Shown here: positions 49,845-60,300 of the stretch, piece after piece | Numbering within the stretch: the first letter of the stretch is position 1 | Layout of the letters: each line of letters starts with the position of its first letter | Assembly (NCBI GenBank): GCA_965214935.1 | Contig: CBDCCS010000010.1 | Location: 1-64,000 of the forward strand | From: Candidatus Velthaea sp. | GTDB taxonomy: Bacteria > Vulcanimicrobiota > Vulcanimicrobiia > Vulcanimicrobiales > Vulcanimicrobiaceae | Reading direction: 5' to 3' | DNA: 64,000 nt | Translations under genes and position numbers: made by a program | Notes under the pieces: model-generated | Database searches by the model: none | What the model was told of the DNA's origin: nothing | Seen by the model: only the letters and a program-made list of their open reading frames with translations

Positions 49845-50524
49845 ATTCCGAATAGCGCAAGGAAGCTCAACTCCGCCTCGAGTCCTTAGACAGCGAAAAT
49901 CGCGGCGTCTCAAACGACGCTGTGCGTACGAATAACCATTCGGAAATTCCGACTTGTCCCGCATGGGCCGCGAACCAAATCATTCGGGAAGTTGCAGATG
50001 CTCGCGTTGGGCGTATTTGATTTCGTTAAGGTCCGGGAACACGCCGGAGAGACCGCTGATCGTTTCGTCGGCGCCGTCTCCAGGTTGTCCGTTAGTTCGT
50101 TATTCAAATCGAACCGTCGAGGCGCACGATGCGTGACTCGTTACCGTACGGATTCCCTAACGCTAACGCTTGCCGAAGAATGCCGCGAGTAAACTCGCGG
50201 GCGACACGCCTTCAGCGGCTTGCTCCCGGCGCAAGCCGTGATTGACGCACATCGCCGGCTCCGCTCGCATAGGTACCAAATGCTCTAGTAGCAGCGATCG
50301 CCAGAGCCGTACCATTACAACAATTTTTGTTTCTGGACATATCCAGGCAGTGCTTGTGCGGCGCGGAATCCCCAAATGGCATTCGGGCAACGTTCGTACA
50401 CGAAGACGCGAGCGTTTTCCGATTTGTTCGGAAAATGTCCGCGTATGCGATATAGCTATTTGTGTTTATGTAACCCACGACGCCGCGTGATCTCACGGCA
50501 CCGTACCTCGTTGCAACTCGCTCC

Positions 50525-52123
50525 ATGGTAAGAGAGCATCTGATGAAACCGACCAGCATACTAGCAGTCGCAACGGTAACCACTCTGGCAGCGCACGGTG
50601 TCGGTAGTTTCGCCGCCAGCGTCATTCCGTCGCATCGTGCGATCGGCATTGCCGCGGTGACGCAAGTGCACTTGCGGGCGCCCCGCCACGTGCGACCTCC
50701 CGCACCGCCGATTCCGCATGTTCGCATCGGCCGCGCGGAGCGTATCGCTGCCTTCCTTGCCGGTTGGCAACGAGTTACCGCGGCGCCGCCATTTGGAAGC
50801 GCCGGACATACGATGCTCATGACGAACGGCGAAGTCTTACTGCAAAGTCCCAATACGTCGTTCTGGTTCGGATTGGTGCCGGATGCCACCGGCAGTTATA
50901 TTAACGGGAATTGGAAACAGCAGGCTTCCATGCCGGGCGGTTATGCGCCGCTCTATTACGCCTCCGCGATTCTGCCCGATGGACGACTAATCGTAAGTGG
51001 CGGCGAATACAACGGTACCGGAACTGCCGTCTGGGGCAACCAAAGTGCTGTTTACGACATCACGCGCAACGTTTGGACGCTCGTCGCACCGCCACCCGGA
51101 TGGCTGAGCATCGGTGATGCGCCGTCCGTCGTGCTCGCGAATGGAACCTTCGTGCTGGGGAATTGCTGCTCGACGCAGTCGGCATTTCTGCATCCGTCGA
51201 CGTTAACTTGGACGGCGACGGGTGCGCGGAAACTGGGCAGTAACAACGAGGAAGGTTGGACGCTGCTCCCGAGTGGCGAGGTGCTTACCACTGACATTGC
51301 CGACGCTCCGTATGCCGAGCTGTTGAATCCGACATCCGGCGTCTGGGGGCCAGCAGGCGTCGTGCCCGTCAACGTGACGTTGGGCGGTGAAATTGGCCCG
51401 CAGTTGCTTCGCCAAAATGGTCATGTCCTCGTCATGGGCGCGAACGGCAAGACTGCGATTTACAATCCGTCCGCCGCCTACTGGAGCGTCGGACCGACGA
51501 TGCCGGTCGTCAACGGTCAACAACTCGAAATCGACGATGGGCCGGCGACGCTTTTGCCCAACGGCGATGTGCTCATGGTAGCGAGCCCCGCAACGGGTTC
51601 CGCACCTGTCTATTTCTTTGACTTTCCGGCCAGCGGTGGGCCGCTCACGCAGATTCCCGGACCACCGAATGCGCCCAACAGCGCCGCATACTGCTATAAC
51701 ATGCTGATGCTGCCAACGGGACAAGTGCTGGTCACCGACGACTCGAACGACGTCGAAATTTATACACCGGTCAGCGCGTCCAACGCTTCGATCGCGCCGG
51801 TGATCACGTCGGTGCCGACGACGCTCGCCCACGGTGCGACCTATACGGCCTTCGGCAGGCTTTTCAACGGCGCGTCGCAGACCAACGCGTATGGTGACGA
51901 CTCACAGCAGGCGACGAATTTTCCGCTCGTGACAATTACGAATGTCGCGACAGGCGGCGTGCAATTCGCGCGGACGCACAATTTTAGCAGCATGGCGGTC
52001 GCATCGCTCGCGACGGTATCCACGCAGTTCGATGTTCCAACGTGGATCGCTCTCGGGCCGAGCCGACTCACTGTCATCGCGAACGGAATTAAGTCAGCGC
52101 CCGTAGCCATTACGATTCGCTGA
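50525..52123 (+). CDS. Secreted Kelch/galactose-oxidase-like beta-propeller protein with Ig-like C-terminus
   Basis: Signal peptide; repeated xLPxGxVL blades; C-terminal PVITSVP...LTVIANGI. Confidence 0.8.
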   Translation: MVREHLMKPTSILAVATVTTLAAHGVGSFAASVIPSHRAIGIAAVTQVHLRAPRHVRPPAPPIPHVRIGRAERIAAFLAGWQRVTAAPPFGSAGHTMLMTNGEVLLQSPNTSFWFGLVPDATGSYINGNWKQQASMPGGYAPLYYASAILPDGRLIVSGGEYNGTGTAVWGNQSAVYDITRNVWTLVAPPPGWLSIGDAPSVVLANGTFVLGNCCSTQSAFLHPSTLTWTATGARKLGSNNEEGWTLLPSGEVLTTDIADAPYAELLNPTSGVWGPAGVVPVNVTLGGEIGPQLLRQNGHVLVMGANGKTAIYNPSAAYWSVGPTMPVVNGQQLEIDDGPATLLPNGDVLMVASPATGSAPVYFFDFPASGGPLTQIPGPPNAPNSAAYCYNMLMLPTGQVLVTDDSNDVEIYTPVSASNASIAPVITSVPTTLAHGATYTAFGRLFNGASQTNAYGDDSQQATNFPLVTITNVATGGVQFARTHNFSSMAVASLATVSTQFDVPTWIALGPSRLTVIANGIKSAPVAITIR

Positions 52124-52712
52124 CGGTAGCTCACGTGTGGTCATCGCGGCGGCTTCCGCGAGCGGTTAGCCGTGACGTTCTGATGAAAACAACCGCGCGC
52201 TGTACCAGTATGGGAAGCGGGTAACTGTCACGCCGGTCGATCAACAGCGATAGCGATAGCGATCACGTGCTGAAGCCGCCTCGCTGAGACCGGACGCGAG
52301 GTAGCTTGAGGACACAGGCATACGCCTACGAAAATGCTTATGTGTCAGGATGATCTCGTACCAGCCCGTGTTGAAATCTGCGCTTAATCGGGGGCTGCCA
52401 GGAGTGTACCAAGATCGAAGCATCGAGCAACGGATCACGTTTGTCGCGTTACGCAATAGCGCGCGACACCGAGGTGGTTGCAAAGCCGAAGCGCCGCCGA
52501 TTTTCGGTGTCCGACATGACGCGCATTTTACGTGAATCGGACGCGTGCGCGCCGGGGACGGTCGGCGGATATTTACCTAGCATCGGTATCTAGCCGGTCG
52601 GCTTCGCCGCGATGTCTCCAAATTATGGCGAATCGAAGGACTAATTTGTGGCGGCGCGGCTTAAGAAAGCAGCATGCCTGATCATACTCTTCAAATGAAC
52701 AAACGTCGTCGT

Positions 52713-53044
52713 TTAAGACGGATTACACCAGGTCGGCTGTGGCGTCCTGAGGCGGTCACGAATCGCGAGCAGCCAATTTCGAGCGCTAAAGCCATCGCTC
52801 TTGTAATACTAACGATTACCAAGTCTGTCGAGGTTTTCGGTCAGATCATCATCGGTGCTGCATGTAAGGAGCCTATCGATCTCCTTGGCGGCTGCTTCAA
52901 TTTCCGGGCCTGGTGCAGATAGATAATCGTTAATCGCTGCTTCCGCATCTTTATATGTGTCGGGCCAGTCTTGGTCGAAGTCCCCCCAAAGAACTGGAAC
53001 AAATTAGGATATTCGTTTGCGAGAGTTTCTACGTTTGTCGCCAT
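52713..53044 (-). pseudogene. CdiI-like immunity gene, frameshifted
   Basis: YPNLFQFFGG/FDQDWPD...AAINDY...KEIDRLL...SARNWLLAI after correcting a 1-nt loss at the G run near 52982; one in-frame TAG. Confidence 0.75.
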
Positions 53045-53046
53045 GT

Positions 53047-53140
53047 TTAGGGTGCATCCGGAAAGGAAGTCAAAGCGGGATAGCCAGCGGGCGCAGTCAG
53101 ATCCTTCATTAGCACCACCTTTACATTATTCGTGTGCTTT
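53047..53140 (-). pseudogene. Orphan toxin C-terminal remnant (bacterial RNase A-like CdiA-CT type)
   Basis: TNNVKVVLMKDLTAPAGYPALTSFP* ends 2 nt before the CdiI-like ATG. Confidence 0.55.
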
Positions 53141-53267
53141 TCACTGTGTCCCCGCTGCGCATCATTCCGCTGGCGAGCCAACCTGATTGCATATCCACGC
53201 AGATCAACAATGTTTACTGCATGCAGCAGAAAGAGGCATGCTCGACCGATTTAACCGAAGGTTTATA

Positions 53268-53519
53268 TCATAAGTTAAGGTTACGAAGTTGCTCAACGGG
53301 ATTCCAATTAGTCGGAGGCGCAGCATGCAAACTCCACCATTTCATTCCAGCATCGATCCATTTTTGACGAAGAATGCCGTGGCTAATAGTTGCGTCCTGA
53401 TATCCAAACTCAGTTCCACAACACGGGCAAGTGTCAAAGCTAGCGCATCCGGTTTCATCAAAGGGCGGCTCATCTAACTCGTTGTAACCGCAAACAGGAC
53501 AAACAAAGGTCCTAGTCAC
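53268..53519 (-). CDS. Cys-rich putative immunity protein
   Basis: CPVCGY...CPCCGTEFGY.D...W...G.KWWS...PP..WNP..QL; GTGA overlap with the upstream toxin remnant. Confidence 0.75.
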   Translation of the reverse strand: MTRTFVCPVCGYNELDEPPFDETGCASFDTCPCCGTEFGYQDATISHGILRQKWIDAGMKWWSLHAAPPTNWNPVEQLRNLNL

Positions 53520-53670
53520 GGATTGAGCATTAAGCACGGCATTTTCGTTGCGTAGCCATGCGTCGTCCGCTCAGGCTTGTAATGGGTGCGTGTTACGCCC
53601 TGCTTTGATACAACGCCGAATTCTTTGCTATTCGGACGCGGAAACCGATAGCATCGCTCAGCATCAGAAA
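53516..53670 (-). pseudogene. Orphan toxin C-terminal remnant
   Basis: PNSKEFGVVSKQGVTRTHYKPERTTHGYAT resembles the NEFGVV..DG.IRTYFKP...HGY ends of toxin tips; upstream part degenerate. Confidence 0.55.
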
Positions 53671-54130
53671 AAAGCGTTGGTTGCAATAATGCTTGCCGCC
53701 ATACAACGCCGGTGCCTCGTTGACGAGATGCCGTATCGCCGCGAGACATCTGTTCGTAAAACTCGAGCGCGTGCGCAATCGGCGGCCACCTCGAGTTCTT
53801 GTTCGCAGCTAAGCGGACGCGCGCGTTGACGCGCACCGGCTTCACGGGCGAATCGGTGAGCGTATTTAGGAAAAGTCGGCGCCAGCGCGCTCGCATCGCC
53901 GTTCTTGCGCGACCGGTAGAGCCTTGCCGAATGTCCTACCGGGCTGGAAGTTCGAATCGAGCAATGACCTTCGTCCCTTCGGCTCTGATGTCGTCACGTT
54001 ACAGATTGAGCGCACGGACAGCAACACAGAAATTTGCATAAGCCGGTTGATCAGTCGCTCGCGTCGTTATCTGAGAATCGTGTGTTAAAGATGCTAGGAT
54101 TTCGCGCGTTTGCGGTGACTCTTCAAAGTA

Positions 54131-54487
54131 TCAACTTGTTACGGGTCGGTGGTTTAAGGCGCTGATCCAAGTCTTCAGAGCTTCTTGCATTTCCTCGAGG
54201 GGGATCTTCGCAGTATCGACTTCGCCCTCGTCGGCCCAGTGAAAATCTAAGACAACTTCATTATCCTTCGCGGTAATGACGTAGGCATTTCCTGACTCCG
54301 TAAACACTGCTTCGCGCGAAGTTTTAACTGCATCTAAATGACCTAACACTTCAGTCGCCCGGCTGACGCTGCCCTGAATATCGTCAACTAAATATCCGGC
54401 GATAAACCTTCCTGCAACATGGCTACCAGCTACGCCACGTGCATCCAATCCGAGCCCAGTTTCTGTGGGAAAAATCTCAACTAACAT
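54131..54487 (-). CDS. Putative immunity protein cognate to the EndoU toxin
   Basis: 118-aa acidic ORF, AAGGA RBS, starts 7 nt after the toxin stop; YLVDDIQG...SGNAY. Confidence 0.8.
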   Translation of the reverse strand: MLVEIFPTETGLGLDARGVAGSHVAGRFIAGYLVDDIQGSVSRATEVLGHLDAVKTSREAVFTESGNAYVITAKDNEVVLDFHWADEGEVDTAKIPLEEMQEALKTWISALNHRPVTS

Positions 54488-54494
54488 GTCTTCC

Positions 54495-55898
54495 TTATTT
54501 ATTGATGACTGGATAAGCCGTGCGAATGTGAAGACTTGCACCAGTTCCGCTGGTGTAACCTTTTACATCAAAACCATAACCCGATGGTCCAACGAACTTG
54601 TTACCGGACGTCTCGGTTGCGTGCTCATAGGCATGCTGGATCGACTTAACAACATCATCGCGGCTCATTGAATCAGGAAACATCGTTGAGTTCTTTGCGT
54701 ACGCTGTATTCGTTCCGGGTTGTGAAATTTTCACCGTAGCTTCGTACACACCCTGTGCGTTGGGCGAGCTGACTTTGCCCGCAACAACTCGAGCATTAGC
54801 GTGAACGTTGTCAGTTGGTGCGTGATGGAAACCTTTTGCGACATCAACGCCGCCCTTTTTTCCTACTTCACCTAAAAAAACGTGCTGGAGGTCGACGGGC
54901 GGTTGACCCTCGGAAAATTTCTCTCCACGGAGCAAAGCTTTTGACGTTGCATCTGTTTTCGACACATTTTGAGCGGCGGTATTCATCGCGGACACAGTCG
55001 GGTGAGCCGCCGCCTTACTCGAGGCAGCATCCGCCGCGTCCGTCGCTTCACTGGCGTGGCCTGCAGCGTCGCCGGTTTTTCCGAGGTCGCCGGCGGCTTC
55101 GGCCATGCGGCCGACATCACCGACCGCAGCAGCGCCCTCCGCTTCAGCGCCACCAACCGGCAGCGTCGCGGCAAGCACAGCACCATGGCCAACGATCTTA
55201 CCGATGAACTCGGCACTGTGACCGTCCGCTTCAGCATGGTGGTACGCGGTCGAGACGTTATTGACAGCATCACCCGCCGCATGACCGACTTGGCTTGCCG
55301 CCTTGGCCGGATCGGTCATCGCGGTCTTTGCAAATTGGCCGGCCGCCGTTGCACCCTTAGATATTGTGTCGGCAGCGTGTGAACGAGCATCGGCGCTCGT
55401 CGCTAGGTGGTAACCGCCCTTAGCGAGATCGCCGACGCCCTGGACCATCCCCGAGGCGCCGTCCCAAGCGCCCTTGCCCAAACCTCTCGTGAAATCGCCC
55501 GCTGAGTTAAGCCAGCTGCCTTGTTTGCTGGAATCGCTTTGTTCCATCGGCGTGACTCCGCCCGACGTTGCGTGCGTCGTTGCGCCTGGATGGGCCGAAG
55601 CGGCATTTGGCCCGAACTTCGCTGCCGCGTCGTGCAAATTAGGACGCGCCTGCGGCGAGCGGGGCGCGATCGTATCGCCTTTTGGTGCAACGGCGGTGGA
55701 GGTTGCGGCGTGGGCATCCTCGCGAGCGACGAGCGCGGCTCGGGTACGCCCAACACCCGTTGTCGACGAGGCCGCAGAATGCGTTGGCGTCGATGACGAA
55801 TTCGTCAGTTGGTCAACGGCCGACGTGGCTGTGCCTGATCGTTGTGCCGGCGACGGTTGCGGTGCTGTCGGCGGGGGAAACGAAAGGGAATCGAGCAT
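54495..55898 (-). CDS. Polymorphic toxin with C-terminal bacterial EndoU RNase domain
   Basis: HVFLGEV, KGFHH, NAQGVYEA, KNSTMFP, IRTAYP; AAGGAG RBS; low-complexity N-terminus and Gly/Ala-rich pre-toxin helices. Confidence 0.88.
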   Translation of the reverse strand: MLDSLSFPPPTAPQPSPAQRSGTATSAVDQLTNSSSTPTHSAASSTTGVGRTRAALVAREDAHAATSTAVAPKGDTIAPRSPQARPNLHDAAAKFGPNAASAHPGATTHATSGGVTPMEQSDSSKQGSWLNSAGDFTRGLGKGAWDGASGMVQGVGDLAKGGYHLATSADARSHAADTISKGATAAGQFAKTAMTDPAKAASQVGHAAGDAVNNVSTAYHHAEADGHSAEFIGKIVGHGAVLAATLPVGGAEAEGAAAVGDVGRMAEAAGDLGKTGDAAGHASEATDAADAASSKAAAHPTVSAMNTAAQNVSKTDATSKALLRGEKFSEGQPPVDLQHVFLGEVGKKGGVDVAKGFHHAPTDNVHANARVVAGKVSSPNAQGVYEATVKISQPGTNTAYAKNSTMFPDSMSRDDVVKSIQHAYEHATETSGNKFVGPSGYGFDVKGYTSGTGASLHIRTAYPVINK

Positions 55899-56475
55899 CG
55901 CTCAGCTCCTTCAAAGACCAACGGGTGCGTAACCAATGAGGCAACGACCGGAGGTGCGGCTATTTTTCTATCACGTGATTAACAAGATTTTTCTAGGGGG
56001 CAATGAGAAAATTTCCAACGGTGATAGCCGAGTCTCACCCTCGTCGTAGCTGTGCCGCCGCCGAGTAAGGCGATAACCGTGCATAACGCGAGCAAAGCGA
56101 ACAGCGACTCAAACTTGGAGAAGGACACGAATCGCTTAGCGGCAGGCGGTGTGACGTCGTGCAGCTCGTCGAACATCGGCGGGTAGCTGAAACGCTTTAA
56201 CAGGCGCTAACAGAGTATCCGGTCACGTTGCTCGTGGCGCCGCTTCAGTGGGAGAGTCATCTTCGTGCACTCGTGCGCGTGATCCGGGCGCGCTCCGAAT
56301 ATCGAATCGAGCCTCTTTCGACAGTTCGCTTGAGACCGTCCCGACCAAAAAGTCTTGCCGTCTCCATCAGTGTTCTATCCGTCCGCTGACAAATATCGAA
56401 AGTAAAGTACGCGAAAATAACGGTGGCAATACCCTCAAATTCGCAGCGCAAATTTTCGCGGTTAGCGGCTTATGC

Positions 56476-57348
56476 CTACAACGTCGTACGACTCGAACGT
56501 CGTGATGCCAGCCAATCGAGCGCGAACGTAGCAGCGTCGGTGTAGATCGGGACAAGCGCTTCGCCAAGCGTGACGGCTTCGCGCCAGAACGGAAACTTTC
56601 CAGCCCGTTTGAGCACGGCGGGCTCGTCGGTCGCGCTTACCTCGATGCGTCGGATCGCATGCGCCGGCGTCGCGATGTTGTCGCCCCAAAACGCTGCGGG
56701 CGAAATCTGCGCCGGTCGCACCTTCGTCGCGCACGGGATCGTTGCGATCGGCTCCGGTTTTGGAGCAAAAAGATCGCTCACAGCGTCACGCGCGAGTCCC
56801 CGCACGACGAATAGCAGGAACGGATCCCGGTCGAACTCCTCGCCGACGAGATAGAAGACGGCCGCGACATGCTTACACGGATTCGACCAGTCCGGACACG
56901 AGCAGCTGGTCTTCATTTCGGTGAGGCTCAACGGAAACAGCGACGTACCGGCAGCCGAAAACGCGCGCTCGATATGCTCTGGCATTTCGCCGGCAAGAAG
57001 GGCCGTGCACAGGCGAACATCGTTCGCGATGGCGGCAGCGACGGACCGCCATTCCTTTGTATCGAGCGGTCGTAAACGGATCGTCACGTCGTACGGCTTT
57101 GCGCGCGACCCTTGCACCTGGGCCCGCACCCCGCCGAGTTCAAGCGCGATCTGCGTCACCTGTCCGCCGCGCGCATACGATCGGCCGCGTGCAAGTCGCG
57201 TGCCCAGCTCGAACGCTTCGAGGACCGCGATCCAGCGCTTCGCCCACCAGCCCGAAGCAAAGGCTCCTCGCTTTGTCTGCGCCATGATGCCGTCGGCCGG
57301 TCGTCGCGGTGTCGTGCGCGGCGGCCAATCGCCCCATTTCCGGCTCAC
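56476..57348 (-). CDS. SWIM zinc-finger protein
   Basis: RLARGRSYARGGQV, CSCPDWSNPCKH, FDRDPFLLF. Confidence 0.93.
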   Translation of the reverse strand: MSRKWGDWPPRTTPRRPADGIMAQTKRGAFASGWWAKRWIAVLEAFELGTRLARGRSYARGGQVTQIALELGGVRAQVQGSRAKPYDVTIRLRPLDTKEWRSVAAAIANDVRLCTALLAGEMPEHIERAFSAAGTSLFPLSLTEMKTSCSCPDWSNPCKHVAAVFYLVGEEFDRDPFLLFVVRGLARDAVSDLFAPKPEPIATIPCATKVRPAQISPAAFWGDNIATPAHAIRRIEVSATDEPAVLKRAGKFPFWREAVTLGEALVPIYTDAATFALDWLASRRSSRTTL

Positions 57349-57358
57349 GCGACGATCG

Positions 57359-60300
57359 TCATTCGGCGACGGCTTGCGGCGAAAGTGCCACGAGATCGCG
57401 CAGTTGCGTGCTGGACAGTTCGGTCAGCCAGCCTTCGCCGGTTCCGACAACGTTTTCGGAAACGGCCGCTTTGCGCTCGATGAGCAGAGCGATCTTCTCT
57501 TCGAGCGTTCCGCCGCACACGAATTTATGCACCTGTATCGCCTTGGTCTGACCGATTCGGAACGCCCGGTCAGTGGCTTGATTTTCGACCGCGGGATTCC
57601 ACCAGCGATCGAAGTGAAAGACGTGATTCGCGCGGGTCAGGTTGAGCCCGCTTCCGCCGGCTTTGAGCGAAAGCACGAACACATCGGCGCCGTTGCGTGC
57701 TTGAAATTGCTCGACCATCGTATCCCGTGCGCCTTTGGCGACGCCGCCGTGCAAGAACGCGACGTCGCGGCCGAAACGGGCTTCGAGGCGGCGCCGGATC
57801 AACTGACCCATCTCGGCGAACTGCGTGAAGATCAGCGCTGCTTCATCCGCCTCGAAAACTTCCTCGAGCATCTCTTCGAGGCGCGCAAGCTTTCCGGAGC
57901 GTCCGGCTAGCGGTGAATTGTCGGCTGCGAATTGCGCGGGATGGTTGCAGATCTGTTTTAACTTTGAAAGTGCAGCAAGGATCTTGCCGCGACGTTCGAG
58001 ACTTTCGTCTTGGGCGAGAGTCGCATCGAAATCGCGCAGTACCGCGGCGTATAACGTTGCCTGTTCGCGCGTTAGCACACAGGTGACGGTATATTCTTGT
58101 TTTGCCGGCAGATCGGCGATGATCGTCGCGTCGGATTTGTGCCGTCGCAAAATAAACGGGCCGGTCATTGCGCGCAGCCGTTCGGCGGCGGCGGAGTTCC
58201 CTTGCAATTGAATAGGAACGAAGAAATCACGCCGGAATGCCGCGTGCGAACCGAGTAGTCCGGGATTGAGAAACTCCATGAGCGACCACAGATCGCCGAC
58301 ATGGTTTTCCACCGGCGTCCCGGTAAGCGCGATCTTGTATTCGGCCGAGATCGCACGTGCCGCTCGCGCCTGCTGACTCTCCGCATTTTTAATATTTTGC
58401 GCTTCATCCAACACCATTCCGCGCCACGCAACGCGTTCGAAGAGTTCGCGGTCACGGTGCAAGAGCGCGTAACCGGTGACGACGACGGCTTGACGTTGAG
58501 CCAATTTTGCGAACGCGGCGCCGCGGATGCGCTCAGCGCCGTGATGCACGTGAAGCGGGAGTGTCGGCGTGAAGCGCGCAGCCTCGCGCTGCCAATTGCC
58601 GATAACCGAGGTTGGGCAGACGAGCAGCACCGGGCCATCCGGCGCGTTCTCCCAATCATGCGCGATCAGCGCGAGCGTTTGAACGGTCTTGCCAAGCCCC
58701 ATGTCGTCGGCGAGACAGGCTCCGAAACCCAGGCGCGTGATGAAGTGAAGCCAGGCATAGCCGCGGCTTTGGTACGGACGCAAAACCGCGTCGAGCGTGG
58801 CGGGCGGTGCTAGCGCCTCTAAGCGCGTTTCGCCGCGCAGTGCGGCGAGTTGCGCAGCGAAGTTCGCGTCGGCGATCAACGTGGTTCCGCTCGGGATATC
58901 GTCAACGCTTGCGCCGACGGCGATACGCACCGCATCGCGGACCGTGAGGGTTCGCTTTCCCGGACGCTGCATGCGTGCAAGCGCCGCTTGCAGCTCGGCG
59001 GGATCGACATGCACCCAGCGGCCGCGCAGCGCAACGAGCGGTGTCTTGAGACGCGCGAGACGTTCGAGTTCGCGCGCCGTCAGGGTTTGGTCGCCAATGG
59101 CAATCGACCAATCGACCTCGAGCAGCGCGCCGGCATGCAGCGCATTCGATCCGGCGAATTTCGGGCGCTTGACGGCTGCGCGTAAGCCGACGCGGGCTTT
59201 CGCATCCATCCCGAGCCACCATGACGGCAGGATGACGCCGATGTCGGCGGCGGCGCACGTTGTCGCATCGGTCTGCAAAAATTTGAACGCGGCGGGGGTG
59301 TCAAGGGTAAAGCCAATCGGAACGCCGTCCGCGCGTGCCAGCGACGCGTCGATCTGAGCGGAGAACGGCGCGGCACGTCCGAGCGCAGTCAGATAGTCAC
59401 GCCGGGTGCCCGAGCGCAGCGCTGCCGTGCCGTCAACGAGCAGTGTTGGATCGGTCCGGCTTTGCAGCAAGTAGGCGACGTTCCAGACCGCATCGCGCGA
59501 GCTCGCGGCGTCCGGCAGCGGTTCCTCGACGCGTAAGCACAAGCGGTAGGCCGCGGCGCGTTCCTCGACGACGGGTCGCTGCCAGGCATCGATTGCTGCC
59601 GCGAGTTCGGCATATTCGGCTGGCGTGGCGCGAAACGCCGGTTCCGGCCCACCGAGCGCGGCGATCCAACGCCCGTGGATAGAGCCGTTTTCATGCGCAG
59701 TGGAAAGGCGGTTTGACGCAGGCGCTACATGCATTATCGCATCGACGAAGAAGGCGAGCGCGGCGTCGAGCGTTGCCCGCGCGTCGTACGCCGGCACGAC
59801 GTTGCTCGCACTTGCGTGAAGCGCTCCGACGACCGGTGGTAGCGTCGCGACGAGGGCCTCGTACGACGCGCGCTCGGCCGCACCAAGGATGGGCTGCCAG
59901 CGAGCCTGTGGTGTCGGTCTGCCGGCGTCGTTGACGATGGCGGGGAGGACGTTGCTCGCCGCAACAAGCTCGAAAGCGAACTGCAGCACGCGAGCGAGCG
60001 CGCTGACGGGTCGGCTGAGATGGATGTCGTCGCCGAACGTTTCCCGGCTCAGCGATGCGCCGAAGATTCCGATGGCTTGCGCGCCGCTAAGTTGTGCGAT
60101 GGCGATCGTGTGCGGTTGGTAGACGATCCGGGCCGATCGCGGTGCTGCAGGCTCGTTCGCAGCAGCGGGCCCGACAATGTTTCCCTTACGTGTCGGCAAC
60201 GACGCACTCGCGAGTCTCATTGCGAGCGGTGTTTGCAGTGCGTCAACCGGCAGCGTTTGCAAGAGCGCTCGAAGCTCGTCGGCGTTGAGACCATACGTGC

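Noticed and set aside
52170..52232. Hammerhead ribozyme (CTGATGA inside a CGTGAC...GTCACG stem); a similar CTGATGA lies on the minus strand near 36035
   Set aside because: No stem II followed by GAAA in either case.
55979..56176. Small hydrophobic ORF upstream of the toxin as a possible accessory gene
   Set aside because: 65 aa, no clear RBS or recognisable motif; cannot be supported.
56921..57910. Long antisense ORFs (329 aa here; also 8525..9235 and 29036..29833)
   Set aside because: They lie opposite well-supported genes and have no motifs; typical shadow ORFs in GC-rich DNA.
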